NCBI GenBank assembly: GCA_020054495.1
Contig: JAHWGK010000006.1
Span: 4,829 to 68,828, forward strand
DNA from: Thermoplasmata archaeon
GTDB lineage: Archaea > Thermoplasmatota > E2 > DHVEG-1
Direction of reading: 5' to 3'
Length of the DNA stretch: 64,000 nucleotides
The translations under genes and the position numbers were made by a program. The notes under the pieces are model-generated. The model did not search any database. It saw only the letters and a list, made by a program, of their open reading frames with translations, and was not told the origin of the DNA. This document shows positions 1 through 11,300 of the stretch, in pieces. Positions within the stretch are counted from its first letter, which is position 1. Every line of letters starts with the position of its first letter.

Positions 1-78
1 TTTGATGAAAATGATCTTTATATCGAAAATATAAACCCTGCCTATGTTATTGGTGCAGATAAATGGGAGGGAGATTAA
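1..78 (+). CDS. top6B: 3' end of upstream gene, probably DNA topoisomerase VI subunit B (partial)
   Basis: Open frame 1 from the window edge, [25 protein letters not shown], stopping 1 nt before the top6A ATG; top6B-top6A is the usual order. Confidence 0.6.
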   Translation, partial: FDENDLYIENINPAYVIGADKWEGD

Positions 79-79
79 A

Positions 80-1180
80 ATGGTAAGTAAAGATTATTCA
101 AATGTCATTTCTAAGATAGATGCTGTTGCTGAAAAGATTTATGAAGATTTTCAAAACACAGAGATACCTTATCTCCAGCTTCCTACTCGTACTAAATCAA
201 ATATAAAATTTGATGAGAAATTTAACGTATGGAAATATGGAAAAAACACAACCGAGAGAACCGCAAAATCACTTGATGGAGCATACATGCTTCTTCGTAC
301 TATGTATATGGCTGATTTCATAAAAGAGATGATTAAGATAAAGAAATCTTCAACACTGAGAGAAATGTATTACATATCGGAGGGTTGGGATCTTGCCAAG
401 TTTCATTCTCAACAGGAATCAAATTTACTTGCAGAAGACCTAGAAGTCATTACAAGCTGCATGAGAGAAGATTTCAAACTTAGACCTGAGGAAGATGGAG
501 CACGAGTCATGGGTAATTTGACTATTGAAGAAATGACTAGAAATAACACAAAAAAGAAGATTCATTGTCAAGATGATGTAGGCGATGCAGGATATTCAAT
601 TCCATACAACGTTGAACCAGAGAAAATAACATTTAAAAGTGTTGATGCAGATTTTATTATTGCAATAGAAACAGGTGGTATGTTTGATCGTCTTGCTGAA
701 AATGGTTTTGATACTACGCACAGAGCAATTCTTGTTCATTTGAAAGGACAACCAGCTAGATCCACGAGACGTTTTATTAAAAGGCTAAACGAAGAAACAA
801 ATATTCCAGTTCTAGTTTTTACTGACTGTGACCCCTGGAGCTTTAGGATATTTGCTAGTGTTGCATATGGCGCTATTAAAACTGCACATATATCTGAGTA
901 TCTAGCAACGCCGGCCTCTCAGTATCTCGGTGTTACACCATCAGATATTGAAAACTATGATCTACCAACAGATAGTCTTACAAAAGAAGATATAAACGCA
1001 TTAAAAAGCGAACTTACTGATCCACGTTTCCAGGATTCATATTGGAAAGGAGAAATCAAACTACAACTTAAAATTGGTAAGAAATCAGAACAACAGGCTC
1101 TTGCAAAATATGGTCTTGACTATGTTACTGATACATACCTACCTGAAAAATTAGCTGAAATGGGGATTATAAAAAAATAA
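80..1180 (+). CDS. top6A: DNA topoisomerase VI subunit A (Spo11 family)
   Basis: STLREMYY catalytic Tyr motif, IAIETGG and TDCDPW toprim motifs, K-EQQA; ATG at 80 follows a GGAGG-type RBS. Confidence 0.97.
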   Translation: MVSKDYSNVISKIDAVAEKIYEDFQNTEIPYLQLPTRTKSNIKFDEKFNVWKYGKNTTERTAKSLDGAYMLLRTMYMADFIKEMIKIKKSSTLREMYYISEGWDLAKFHSQQESNLLAEDLEVITSCMREDFKLRPEEDGARVMGNLTIEEMTRNNTKKKIHCQDDVGDAGYSIPYNVEPEKITFKSVDADFIIAIETGGMFDRLAENGFDTTHRAILVHLKGQPARSTRRFIKRLNEETNIPVLVFTDCDPWSFRIFASVAYGAIKTAHISEYLATPASQYLGVTPSDIENYDLPTDSLTKEDINALKSELTDPRFQDSYWKGEIKLQLKIGKKSEQQALAKYGLDYVTDTYLPEKLAEMGIIKK

Positions 1181-1205
1181 AAACAAATTATTCTTCTTTT
1201 TTACT

Positions 1206-1649
1206 TCAAAGTTCCTCAGGTGGAATTATGAGAGATCTTAATCGTAAAACACTATTTTCATCAAATTCAATATATGTTTTAGTAAATATCCCACCGTCTT
1301 CTCCTTTTGGGAAAGTATAAACATAAACTCGTTTTCCATTGATGAATTCTGGTTTTGGTTTTTCTAATTCTATTCTTTTATTTCTAACAGAAGAAAAGTG
1401 GAAATAGAAAAACAACTCAAGAACAATGAAAACACCTAATAGAGCACTTAATGCAATTATCCACGCCTCCAGATTAAACAACGCCCAGTCATGTCCATAT
1501 TCAAAGGAAGTTACACCAATAAAAAGAAAAACAACAAAAATAATAAACAAAATGGCAATAAGTAGAAATAACTTAGACAATAGAGAATATCCCCTTCGAA
1601 GTTTATCCTCAGCATTTCTTAATTCAACATTTATTTGTTTATCCGACAT
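1206..1649 (-). CDS. Hypothetical membrane protein (2 TM plus soluble C-terminus)
   Basis: 147 aa ORF with two hydrophobic segments, co-oriented with the kae1-bud32-rdgB run. Confidence 0.75.
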   Translation of the reverse strand: MSDKQINVELRNAEDKLRRGYSLLSKLFLLIAILFIIFVVFLFIGVTSFEYGHDWALFNLEAWIIALSALLGVFIVLELFFYFHFSSVRNKRIELEKPKPEFINGKRVYVYTFPKGEDGGIFTKTYIEFDENSVLRLRSLIIPPEEL

Positions 1650-1699
1650 AATATCTCAAATATAATGTATTATACTTATAGGCTTTTAAAACTTTCTAT

Positions 1700-2263
1700 T
1701 TATATATTTTTAATAAAATCTTTTAATTTTTCTAATGATTTACCTCTATGTGAGAACAGATTTTTCTCTTCGGTTTCCATCTGAGCAAATGTTCTGATTT
1801 CACCATCTGGTATAAAAATCGGATCGTAACCAAAACCATGTTCGCCTAGAGTCTTCTTAGAGATTATGCCAGAACATTCTCCAATAAAAAACATGGGTTT
1901 CTTACCGGATTCACCGTAAACATAAACAGATTTAAAAGTTGCTTTTCGTTTATTATCATTAAGTCCGTCTAATAGTGTCAAAATTCCAGAGCACCCAATC
2001 TTGTAAAAAACATAAGCTGAATAAACACCAGGAAAGCCATCAAGGGCATCAATAAAAAGGCCAGCGTCTTCAAGGATAAAAGGTTGATCTAACTTTTTTT
2101 GTACATATTCTGCACCAAAAAGAGCAACATTCTCGAGAGAATCTGTCTGAATCTCAGGATAACCAAGATCTTTCTGGATAATATCAATATTTAAATCTGA
2201 AAATTTCGTTTTTGCTTCAAGGATTTTACCTTTATTACCAGTGATAAAAAATAAAGTCATCAT
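1700..2263 (-). CDS. rdgB: Non-canonical purine NTP pyrophosphatase (RdgB/HAM1)
   Basis: TGNKGK, EDAGL, GFPGVYS, GFGYDPIF and SHRGK motifs. Confidence 0.95.
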   Translation of the reverse strand: MMTLFFITGNKGKILEAKTKFSDLNIDIIQKDLGYPEIQTDSLENVALFGAEYVQKKLDQPFILEDAGLFIDALDGFPGVYSAYVFYKIGCSGILTLLDGLNDNKRKATFKSVYVYGESGKKPMFFIGECSGIISKKTLGEHGFGYDPIFIPDGEIRTFAQMETEEKNLFSHRGKSLEKLKDFIKNI

Positions 2264-2886
2264 CTATATCTACCTCGTTTAATAATCTCCTCTATTTTTC
2301 TTATGACAAGATTTGCATCCTCTTTTAATTCTTTTTTATACCCATCTAAAACATATTTGAAACAATTGGAATATTTAGAATGAGTCGAATCAATTGCCTC
2401 CATAAGAACATGTAGATCAACACCTTTTGCTTCTAATTCACTGTTTTTTTCACCAAGTCCAAAATCTATAAAATGAATCTTGTCATCCATAAGTATCATG
2501 TTTGAAGTTGTAATATCTCCATGGATGATATTATTATTGTGAAATTTTGCTATGTTTTCACCAATTTTTTTACAGATATCAGCACGTTCTTCTTCACTTA
2601 AATCATTTAAAATATCCTTGACTCTTTTCCCTTTTAGGTAATCCATTGTTATAATTCCTTTTTCAAGATCAACATCATAAATTGTTGGGACTGAAACCCC
2701 GTGATTACGAGCCTCTGCTATAAGTTTAGCTTCTTCTTTGGTCCTATATAAAATAAGACGATCATCGATATTTTTAATACGATATGATTTACTAATCCTT
2801 CTTTTTTGAACTACATCAAGACCTAAATATTCTGATCTGCAAATTTTTGCTTCAGCCCCTTGATATAGAATCGTATCTTCAGTCAC
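2260..2886 (-). CDS. bud32: KEOPS complex kinase/ATPase Bud32
   Basis: QGAEA, K.R..KSYR, HGDITTSN, IDFGL and C-terminal RGRY; adjacent to kae1. Confidence 0.95.
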   Translation of the reverse strand: MTEDTILYQGAEAKICRSEYLGLDVVQKRRISKSYRIKNIDDRLILYRTKEEAKLIAEARNHGVSVPTIYDVDLEKGIITMDYLKGKRVKDILNDLSEEERADICKKIGENIAKFHNNNIIHGDITTSNMILMDDKIHFIDFGLGEKNSELEAKGVDLHVLMEAIDSTHSKYSNCFKYVLDGYKKELKEDANLVIRKIEEIIKRGRYR

Positions 2887-3874
2887 GCCAGCTCACATCC
2901 ACCATATCAGTTCTAAAACGCTGATCAATAAAGCTATTCTCAACCTTCATCCTAATGCCACTATTGTACATAAGCACACCAAGCCAAGCTATCATTGCTC
3001 CATTATCTATGCAAAGGTCCTTTGATGGAACAAAAAAAGACGCACCGCGTTCTTTAGCCATAGTTTGAACCATGTCTCTTAATCTTTTATTTGCAGCTAC
3101 ACCTCCACCAAGAAGTACCTCGTCCTTTTCAGTATGTGCTATAGCTCTTTCTGTAACTTCAGTAAGAGCAGCAAAAGTTGTTTCTTGAATAGAATAACAT
3201 ATATCTTCCAGTTTCTCACCGTTGCTATAGAAATTTTCAGCTGCGGTAAGAAGACCAGAAAATGCAATATCCATTCCTTTAATTGAGTAAGGTAATTCAA
3301 AATATTCTTTCCCCAGACTTGCGAGTTTTTCAATTTTTGGACCACTTGGAAACTCAAGTCCAACGCTCCGACCAAATTTGTCAAGACAATTACCAATTCC
3401 TATATCAAGTGTCTCACCGAAAACACGATATCTGCCCTCTGCAAACGCAATAACTTGGGTATTCGCGCCAGATGTATACAACAAAACAGGGTCCATACAA
3501 TCACGTAATGTTCCTCGCCCAATCTCAAGATGAGCAACACAATGATTTACACCCATAATTGGTTTTTTTAGTGAAAGAGATAATGCTCGTGCAGCAGTCG
3601 CAGCAGTTCTAAGGCAAGGACCAAGCCCAGGGCCATTTGAAAAGGAAATAAGGTCAATGTTAGTGAAATCAATTTGAGCTTTTTCGACAGATTCCCTTAT
3701 TAAATCTGCGATGTGATTGGCATGATGATTTGCTGCCTCACGTGGATGAATACCGCCTTTTTCCGGGTGATAAATCTTAATAACATTAGAAATAACTTCG
3801 CATTTTCCACCCATATCTCTAATAATACCTACCCCGATAGAATGGGCCGTTCCTTCTATACCAAGACAAATCAT
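2879..3874 (-). CDS. kae1: tRNA N6-threonylcarbamoyltransferase Kae1
   Basis: GIEGTAH, GGIHPREAA, GPGLGPCL, VNHCVAH, SGANTQ, GETLDIG, DNGAMIA and RFRTD motifs. Confidence 0.97.
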   Translation of the reverse strand: MICLGIEGTAHSIGVGIIRDMGGKCEVISNVIKIYHPEKGGIHPREAANHHANHIADLIRESVEKAQIDFTNIDLISFSNGPGLGPCLRTAATAARALSLSLKKPIMGVNHCVAHLEIGRGTLRDCMDPVLLYTSGANTQVIAFAEGRYRVFGETLDIGIGNCLDKFGRSVGLEFPSGPKIEKLASLGKEYFELPYSIKGMDIAFSGLLTAAENFYSNGEKLEDICYSIQETTFAALTEVTERAIAHTEKDEVLLGGGVAANKRLRDMVQTMAKERGASFFVPSKDLCIDNGAMIAWLGVLMYNSGIRMKVENSFIDQRFRTDMVDVSWRD

Positions 3875-3967
3875 GATAAAGAGTTGTAAGTAAGAAGAAT
3901 ATAAAATAAATTTGGTTTACAAATATACCTAAGGCTCCATCATAAACAAAAAATGGTAATTTATATT

Positions 3968-4222
3968 TTACAAACTCTTATAGAAGACTTGGGTGGACTT
4001 CCTTTTTTTATATAGTATATGAGCGTATTTTTTATGGAGCCGTTCATGTTCTTTAAGAGCGAATTCATATCCTATTTTATCTCCTCTTTCTTTTGCCTCT
4101 TTCATTTTTTTAGCAATTTTATTTATTTCCTCTAGAGCTTCTTCAATTGAGGGTTCAAACTCATTATTCATTTTGCCTATCCCGCCCAATCCATCACAAT
4201 TTTCAGAACATTCATGTATCAT
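3968..4222 (-). CDS. Small hypothetical protein (true start possibly 4171)
   Basis: Charged helical 84 aa ORF overlapping the stop of the upstream gene. Confidence 0.5.
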   Translation of the reverse strand: MIHECSENCDGLGGIGKMNNEFEPSIEEALEEINKIAKKMKEAKERGDKIGYEFALKEHERLHKKYAHILYKKRKSTQVFYKSL

Positions 4223-5202
4223 TCTTCGATTACATATTCCTCTTCATAAAGGAAAAAAACACCTGTTTTAAAGAGCAGAAATATGATAATTATAACAGTT
4301 AAAACTATCCCTAAAATCACGTATAGCCACGGAAAAGACTCATAACGTGCTACAATAATCCCATCGTAAGTATGATCCCAAGAGCCATCTCTTGTGGTAT
4401 CAAGATAGGTTATACCATTTTCAACTTTTACTTTCGTATGGGAATTTGTTTGTGAATTGTACAGAATGTCACTTTGTTCATCTCCATCTGTATCCACAAG
4501 ATAATAGGTTGTCGCACCAATATTTATTTTTATTACATCGTTAATATCTTTTGGATTTGATCCACAGGATTCTTCAAAAGTATCAGATAGCCCATCATTG
4601 TCATCATCGTAGTCACCTGAATAATTCCCATCAGATGATTCATCATCAGGTGTTCCATCACCATCAGTATCTAGTGGATATTCATTTGGATCTTCAGGAT
4701 TTTTTCCATATGATTCTTCAACTTCATTGTTCCAACCATCGCTATCCAAATCAAGTGAAATAACAATATTTACGATTAAAGGTGGAGACCAATTGCTTTC
4801 AACTGTGTAAGCGCTTCTATGTTTAATCCTAACCTCATAAACACCATAGGAAGCCCAACTATAAACTTGAGAAATAAAAGTATCAGACTCTACCACGTCT
4901 ATCCAATCACTATAGTTACCATCACCCCAATCAAACATCCAACAAGAACCTACCTCTGAAGTATATTCAAAATATACATGGTCTACGTTAATATTACCAG
5001 TAGTGTTGCCTGAGGGAGAGGCTGGAGTGTAATGGCTAGAACCAGCAATAACATAAATATCATTAGAACAGAAAAATATAACAAAAAAGGAAAAGAGCAG
5101 AATAAAAGAAACTAATGAAAAAAAAGATGCAGACTTTAATCTTTTGAATTTTGGATTCTTTTTTAAAGTAATTAAATGTTTTAACATCTTTTTGCATCCC
5201 AT
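4219..5202 (-). CDS. Secreted, membrane-anchored protein with PKD-like domain and DxDxDG Ca-binding repeats
   Basis: N-terminal basic plus hydrophobic signal, FDWGDG PKD motif, DTDGDGTPD/DDDNDGL repeats, C-terminal FPW-TM. Confidence 0.85.
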   Translation of the reverse strand: MGCKKMLKHLITLKKNPKFKRLKSASFFSLVSFILLFSFFVIFFCSNDIYVIAGSSHYTPASPSGNTTGNINVDHVYFEYTSEVGSCWMFDWGDGNYSDWIDVVESDTFISQVYSWASYGVYEVRIKHRSAYTVESNWSPPLIVNIVISLDLDSDGWNNEVEESYGKNPEDPNEYPLDTDGDGTPDDESSDGNYSGDYDDDNDGLSDTFEESCGSNPKDINDVIKINIGATTYYLVDTDGDEQSDILYNSQTNSHTKVKVENGITYLDTTRDGSWDHTYDGIIVARYESFPWLYVILGIVLTVIIIIFLLFKTGVFFLYEEEYVIEE

Positions 5203-5306
5203 TATATAACTACCATACAGTATGTTATTATGATTTTTTATGCATCCGCATTAGCAACAAAAAATGAATATTACTCTATATAAAACTTTGTTTTAAATAA
5301 GGAATA

Positions 5307-8300
5307 TCAGTTTTCCTCAAACCATATTCTATAACCTGTTAAGTAAAGAACTAAAATAATTACAATAATTGCAATAACTATTCCAATTATCACAAGGCTC
5401 CACGGAAAATCGTCTGAGGACGCTTCTTCGCTATAAACTGTAATTTCACCACTTGCTGGATTGTATATATAATCCCATTTTGCATCCCCGTCCATATCAA
5501 TTAGATAATTGCCATCATCTGTTACATCCACAGTTGTTATTCTACCAACAGGATTGCAAAATTTATTAATTATACCATCCTTATCTGAATCTATCAAATA
5601 ATATTCTCTTCCTTCTATATCAACTACTATAACATCTGAATTATTATAAGGATCAGACCCCCATGTTTCTTCTAGATGATCAACAAGTCCATCATTATCA
5701 TCGTCTTCATCATACTCGTCTGGTAATCTATCTCCATCATTATCAATTGGACTGTCATTTGGATCTGACTTATTTGTATTAAACTCCACTTCTTCTAAAT
5801 CCGACCAGCCATCACCATCTGAGTCGAGTTCAATAGTTACTGCGGTTTTATTATTGTTTGACAGCCCAGCATTATCTATTACTTTAAGTGTTATATTGTA
5901 CAAACCTGGATTTACATATGTATAGGTTACTTGTTCACCGAAAAATATTGTTCCATCTCCAAGATTCCATGTATAATTGGTAATTGTTCCATCTGTATCA
6001 TAACTTCCTGATCCATCAAAGAATATATTTTCAAATGTTAATCCGAAGTATGGCCCCCCTGCATTTGCTACAGGTAAACCAGCAACAATTATGGTATTAA
6101 TAATAAAGAAGCATGTTTCATAATTACCAATATTTTCATTTGAACTTGCATCTCTTGCTTTCACATAAAATGTATGTGTACCATCTTCAATGGTACTAGT
6201 AGAGGTCCATGAAGTAACATTTCCAATCCAAATATCTGAACCATCATCTATTTTAACATAATAACCAGCGACACCACTTAAATCAGTTGCTGCGTCCCAG
6301 CTGAACGAGGGTGTATTATCAGTTTCTGGTGTTGTACATCCAACATTAGTTGGAGCAGTTGGAGCGGTTGTATCTCCTCCAGCCGGAGGAGGAGGATCAC
6401 CATTATCTGACTCTATATTTTTTACAGTTATATTAGTAGAATCTCCTGTATAACTATCTTTTGAAGTATATATCGGAAAGATAGTATCGGAGCTTACAGA
6501 TGGTGCAGTAAATGTTGTTTGTCCGTTTGAATTTGTTTGTTTAGTAACACTATTAAATGTCACATATGCACCTTGAACTAATGAGTTAAATTGAGTTTTA
6601 ACTGTTACAATAAAATTATTGCCTTCATCCACTGAAGAAACTGTATTAATTGATAATATGTAGTAATTCTCAAACTTATAAATTAACGGATATTTATCTT
6701 GATTACTACCGCCACTTATGTTATATTCTGAATCAACTATTCCATTGCTATTATTATCCCATGCTCCTTCTCCAGATTCGTCGAAATCATCCCAATAATT
6801 TCCGTTTAATAGAGTAATATTATACCAAGAATTATTTGAATCATCATATGCTTGTTGAGAATTATTGATAAAATTATTGTGATAAATAGTATTGTTAAAT
6901 CCATCTGATTCGTATACGCCCTTAGAGTTATTTTTTATAGTATTTTTATAAATATTGTTATAAGTTGAATCCTCAATAGATATACCTTGGAGATTATCTG
7001 TTATTGAGTTTCCAAATACTGTCGTATTTGCTGATGTACCAAAGATATATACCCCATCAGCAAAACTAAGATTATTCGATATAAGAGTATTATTAAAAAT
7101 ACTAGTTTTTTGTGAATCCTCAATCCATATGCAAGCTAAATCTGCATTCGTAATATTATTTTCAAAAATATTGGTATGAGTAGTCTCTAATATCCAAATT
7201 CCTATCCAAGAGTTATTTATTTTATTATAACTAATATTATTGTAACCGTAAGTTGTACCTCCTCCAGTATCAATTTCGATTCCATCGTCACAATCTTTGA
7301 TAAAGTTATGATGAATGTCTGAGTAATTTGACGAAACATAAATTGCTGCTAAAAGCATATCACTGTTTTGTAATGTAAATCTTGTTATTTCTACAGAGTC
7401 ATTATTGACTAGTAATATATAATCTTGATTTAATCCATCAATAATTGTGGAATTAATATCCTCTCCAATAAGCGATATTGATTTGTTAATATTAATATTA
7501 TATTCATTATATGTTCCATTAAAAACAAAAACTGTATCACTATTTGAAGAATTATTAATTCCATCCTTTATTGAATCAAAACAATATATTCCCCAACCTG
7601 GAGTGTTACTATTAAAGTCATCATTAACAAATATTTTTTGCACTGGACCTGGGTTAATTAGGGGATAATAATCAACATTACTTCCTCCTGATATGTTATA
7701 TTGTGAATCACCAATTCCCTCACCATTTAAATCTAATCCAGTGTAATTATCCCAATAATTTCCACCAATTGGATAACTCTTATTCCAATTGTTAGTTCCA
7801 GAATCATAACCATGTATGGTATTATTTATGAAATTATTATGATATATAGTATTATTTATTGAGTAGGAATTTTGATATACGCCATAAAAAGAATTATCTG
7901 AAATATTATTATTAAAAATGTTGTTGTATGATGAATCATAAAAGTATATTCCAATATAACTTCCTATGATATTGTTGTTAGATATATTATTATTAGATGA
8001 ATATGGTGAATCAATACCAGAAAACATATTGTTATTAATGGTGTTGTCAGTAACGTTCATGTCTGATGAATCCCATATACGTATGCCTCCATCATTGCAA
8101 TCACTAATATTATTTTCAAAAATGTTTGAAAAAGATGAATATCCAAAATCTACACCATAATAAGAGTGATTTGTGATAATATTATCTTTAACAGTATTAT
8201 TTTGAGAATAACCAATAATTATACCACCACCAAAATTATGGTATATAATATTGTCACTTATGTTGTTATTATTCAATTCTTCAAGCCAGAGGATGCCATA

Positions 8301-11300
8301 ATAGTTATTTACAACAATATTATCATAAATCTTATTATTATTTGAACTTACTTGTATGCCTGAATAATAATCAGTGGTAATGTTTTTGTTATGAGAGTCA
8401 CCCATTATTGACCAATTAACCGAGCTAAAAGCCATATCTCCAGCATTCATAATAGTAAATCCAGTTAAATTTACCCAATCAGAAGAAATGGTAACAACAG
8501 TTCCACTTTCATTTGAATCAATTATCGTTGAATTCTTATCCGCCCCCGTCAAATCAATTGTTTTGTCAATATTTATTTTTTCTTGGTAGGTTCCAGAATA
8601 GACAAAGATATCATCTCCTTCAAAAACCTCATCAATAGCATTTTGAATTGTTTGATAGGGATTGTTTTGTGTTCCAAGCCATGGACCTGCAATATTATCA
8701 TCATCAACATAAATAGTCCCATTTAATGAACCTGCCCAGGGATTTATTAGAGGATATCGGTCTTTACTATTATTTTGTCCTGAAATATTGTACGATGTAT
8801 CCCCTATTCCATCTACATTTAAATCCACACCTGAATAATTTTCCCACCAGTTACCACCACGTAAACGATATTCACTCAGATTGCCGTTATCCCAGGGATT
8901 ATTAGTGCCGTTATCAAAAGCATTAAGTGTATTATTGAAATTATTATGGTAAATAGAATTATTAGAACAATCTATGTTAACAATTATGCCAATATTATTG
9001 TTAAAAATTTCATTATCAGTTAATATGTTGTTATAAGATATATTGGTATAGCTGACTCCTAGAGAATGATTTGAAATATTAGTATCGGTTATTGTAATAT
9101 TTTCAGATGCATTTATACAAATACCTGTAACTGAGCTATTAAATATTGCACAATTTGTAATGGAAATATTCGACGAGGATTCCACATATAAACAAAAGGA
9201 TCCATTTCGTACTGTAAATTGTGTTATATTCACTGAGTTTCTATTTTGAATTTGTATCGTTCTTCCTGAAATCCCATTAGCATCAATAAATGTTGTATCT
9301 TTATTAATACCTGCTAAAGATATATTTTTATTGATACTCACATTTTCTGGATATATACCAGCTGGAACTAGTATATTATGGTCATCAAGTGTGTCAGTAT
9401 CATTTATTGATTCTTGAATTGTATCGAATAACTCATTCGTATCAATATTGAAAACGCCAACATTGACTGTTTGATTTCTTTCATTATCTGTATAGCTGTC
9501 TTCTGTAACGGCAGGACTGGATACATTCATACTAACATTATACGAACCTGCAGAAGGTGTCCAATTAAAACTTACCTGTTGAGAGGTTTGATTTGTAAAG
9601 GTTCCAATTGTAGTTGAGTTTTCTTCAGCGCCATTTATTCGAAAACTAACCAAGACATTCGTCTCATCGTTGTTGCCACTGTTATAAACAGTTGCATTTA
9701 CATGAATTGTTATATTGGATTTTACAGGATTTGTAGCATCTATATCTAAGGTTTGCACACCAACATTATGATCAAGTAACGTTGGAGGTTTAATTCGTTG
9801 TGCTGGATCTCCAAATAATAGACAACCTTGGATAATAGCCCGCCAGGTCCCATAAGAATAATCCCAGTTGATAGTTGGAGCCATCGTGTCCTTAGAAAAG
9901 GCCATGGCCTTTCCGAGTTGCCAATTGAAAGTACTTCCAGAGTTATTTGTTGTATCAAAAAAGTAGTCCCAGAAACATTTCTGTTGAAGTGAACTGCTTG
10001 AGTTTGTAGAATATAAGTTGCCCCATCCATAGCATGTGTTATAGACGCAGGCAAATGCTAGTTCAGTATCACTATGAAAAAGCATTGAGTGAAGCACACC
10101 ATCATCTGCAGCATCCATATCACCACTATGACACCCATAATCATGTAAAAAGAAAGGTTTTGTATTATGGTAGTCAGACTCCCAATTAGCATAATATACA
10201 TCTAAAGAATAATATTCATTCGCATGAGCAATGCCACTTAGAAGCGTAACATAATCATTGTTAATTGCATTTTTCAAACCAGCAATAGCTGCAGAATCTG
10301 AGCCACCTTGCCAACCAACATTAGGAGGTTCTGCAGTCCATTTAACAGAGAGGTTATATTCAACACCAGGATTTGTTGCATTCCAAGTTTCAAAACCATA
10401 TTGATAACCAAGCCAACTAGGATATGGACCATCACTATTAGGATCTGGGCCAAGCCAATTAGAGGTACCCTTAATCGCACTAAAATCAATGAAGTCATCC
10501 CCTTGACAAGACCATCCAGTATCACCACCATAAAAAGCTGCACTATCTAAATAGTCAGTAAATACAGAATCTGCATAATAGAAACTTTTATTCATCCAAT
10601 TTGAAACATCTTGCGGTGTATCACAAGTAATACGCCCGATATACATTTCAGCATATAAGTCAAAACCACTATCGCCTTCTTCTCCCCAATATGAATCGCC
10701 ATCCTCATTGAATGAATTGTCGAGATGATTCCAATAAATATCAGAATCAACATCAGATTCAAATACATATTTCATTTCTCTTGCTGGAATCCATTCGTCA
10801 TCCCCACCGATAAATATGTAACTGGCCCCCCAATCCTGATAAGCATCTTTACAAAATTCTCTTATATGTGCCGCTGTGTCATTGAATAGAGCAGTACCCT
10901 TCCAATAATCTGAACAATTATTGATATCTTGTATTGTAACTAGTGTACAATTTAAGCCGTCATCAGCCAAGTGCTTGTCCATTAAACTTGTCCAGTTATT
11001 TGGTGTAGTTGAGTTCGTTTCCCAATGATCAAGATTATTTTGTGTCGTCGTAATAATTACATAATCATAATCATCAATTGGACTGCATAGCCCACCAGAA
11101 TAATCTAAGATTGGAAAATTAGTAATTTCATATCTATCAATTATTTCTGGATTATTTACTAGGTTCGTCACCCATTCTTCATCTTCTTTGTTGTTTCGAT
11201 AAAACGAATTAAAAAATCCATTATCTTCAAGATCGATATTAACATTTAATTCAGGATAAAATGTTAATCTCCCTAAACCAGGAACATACTGTAAAGGATT

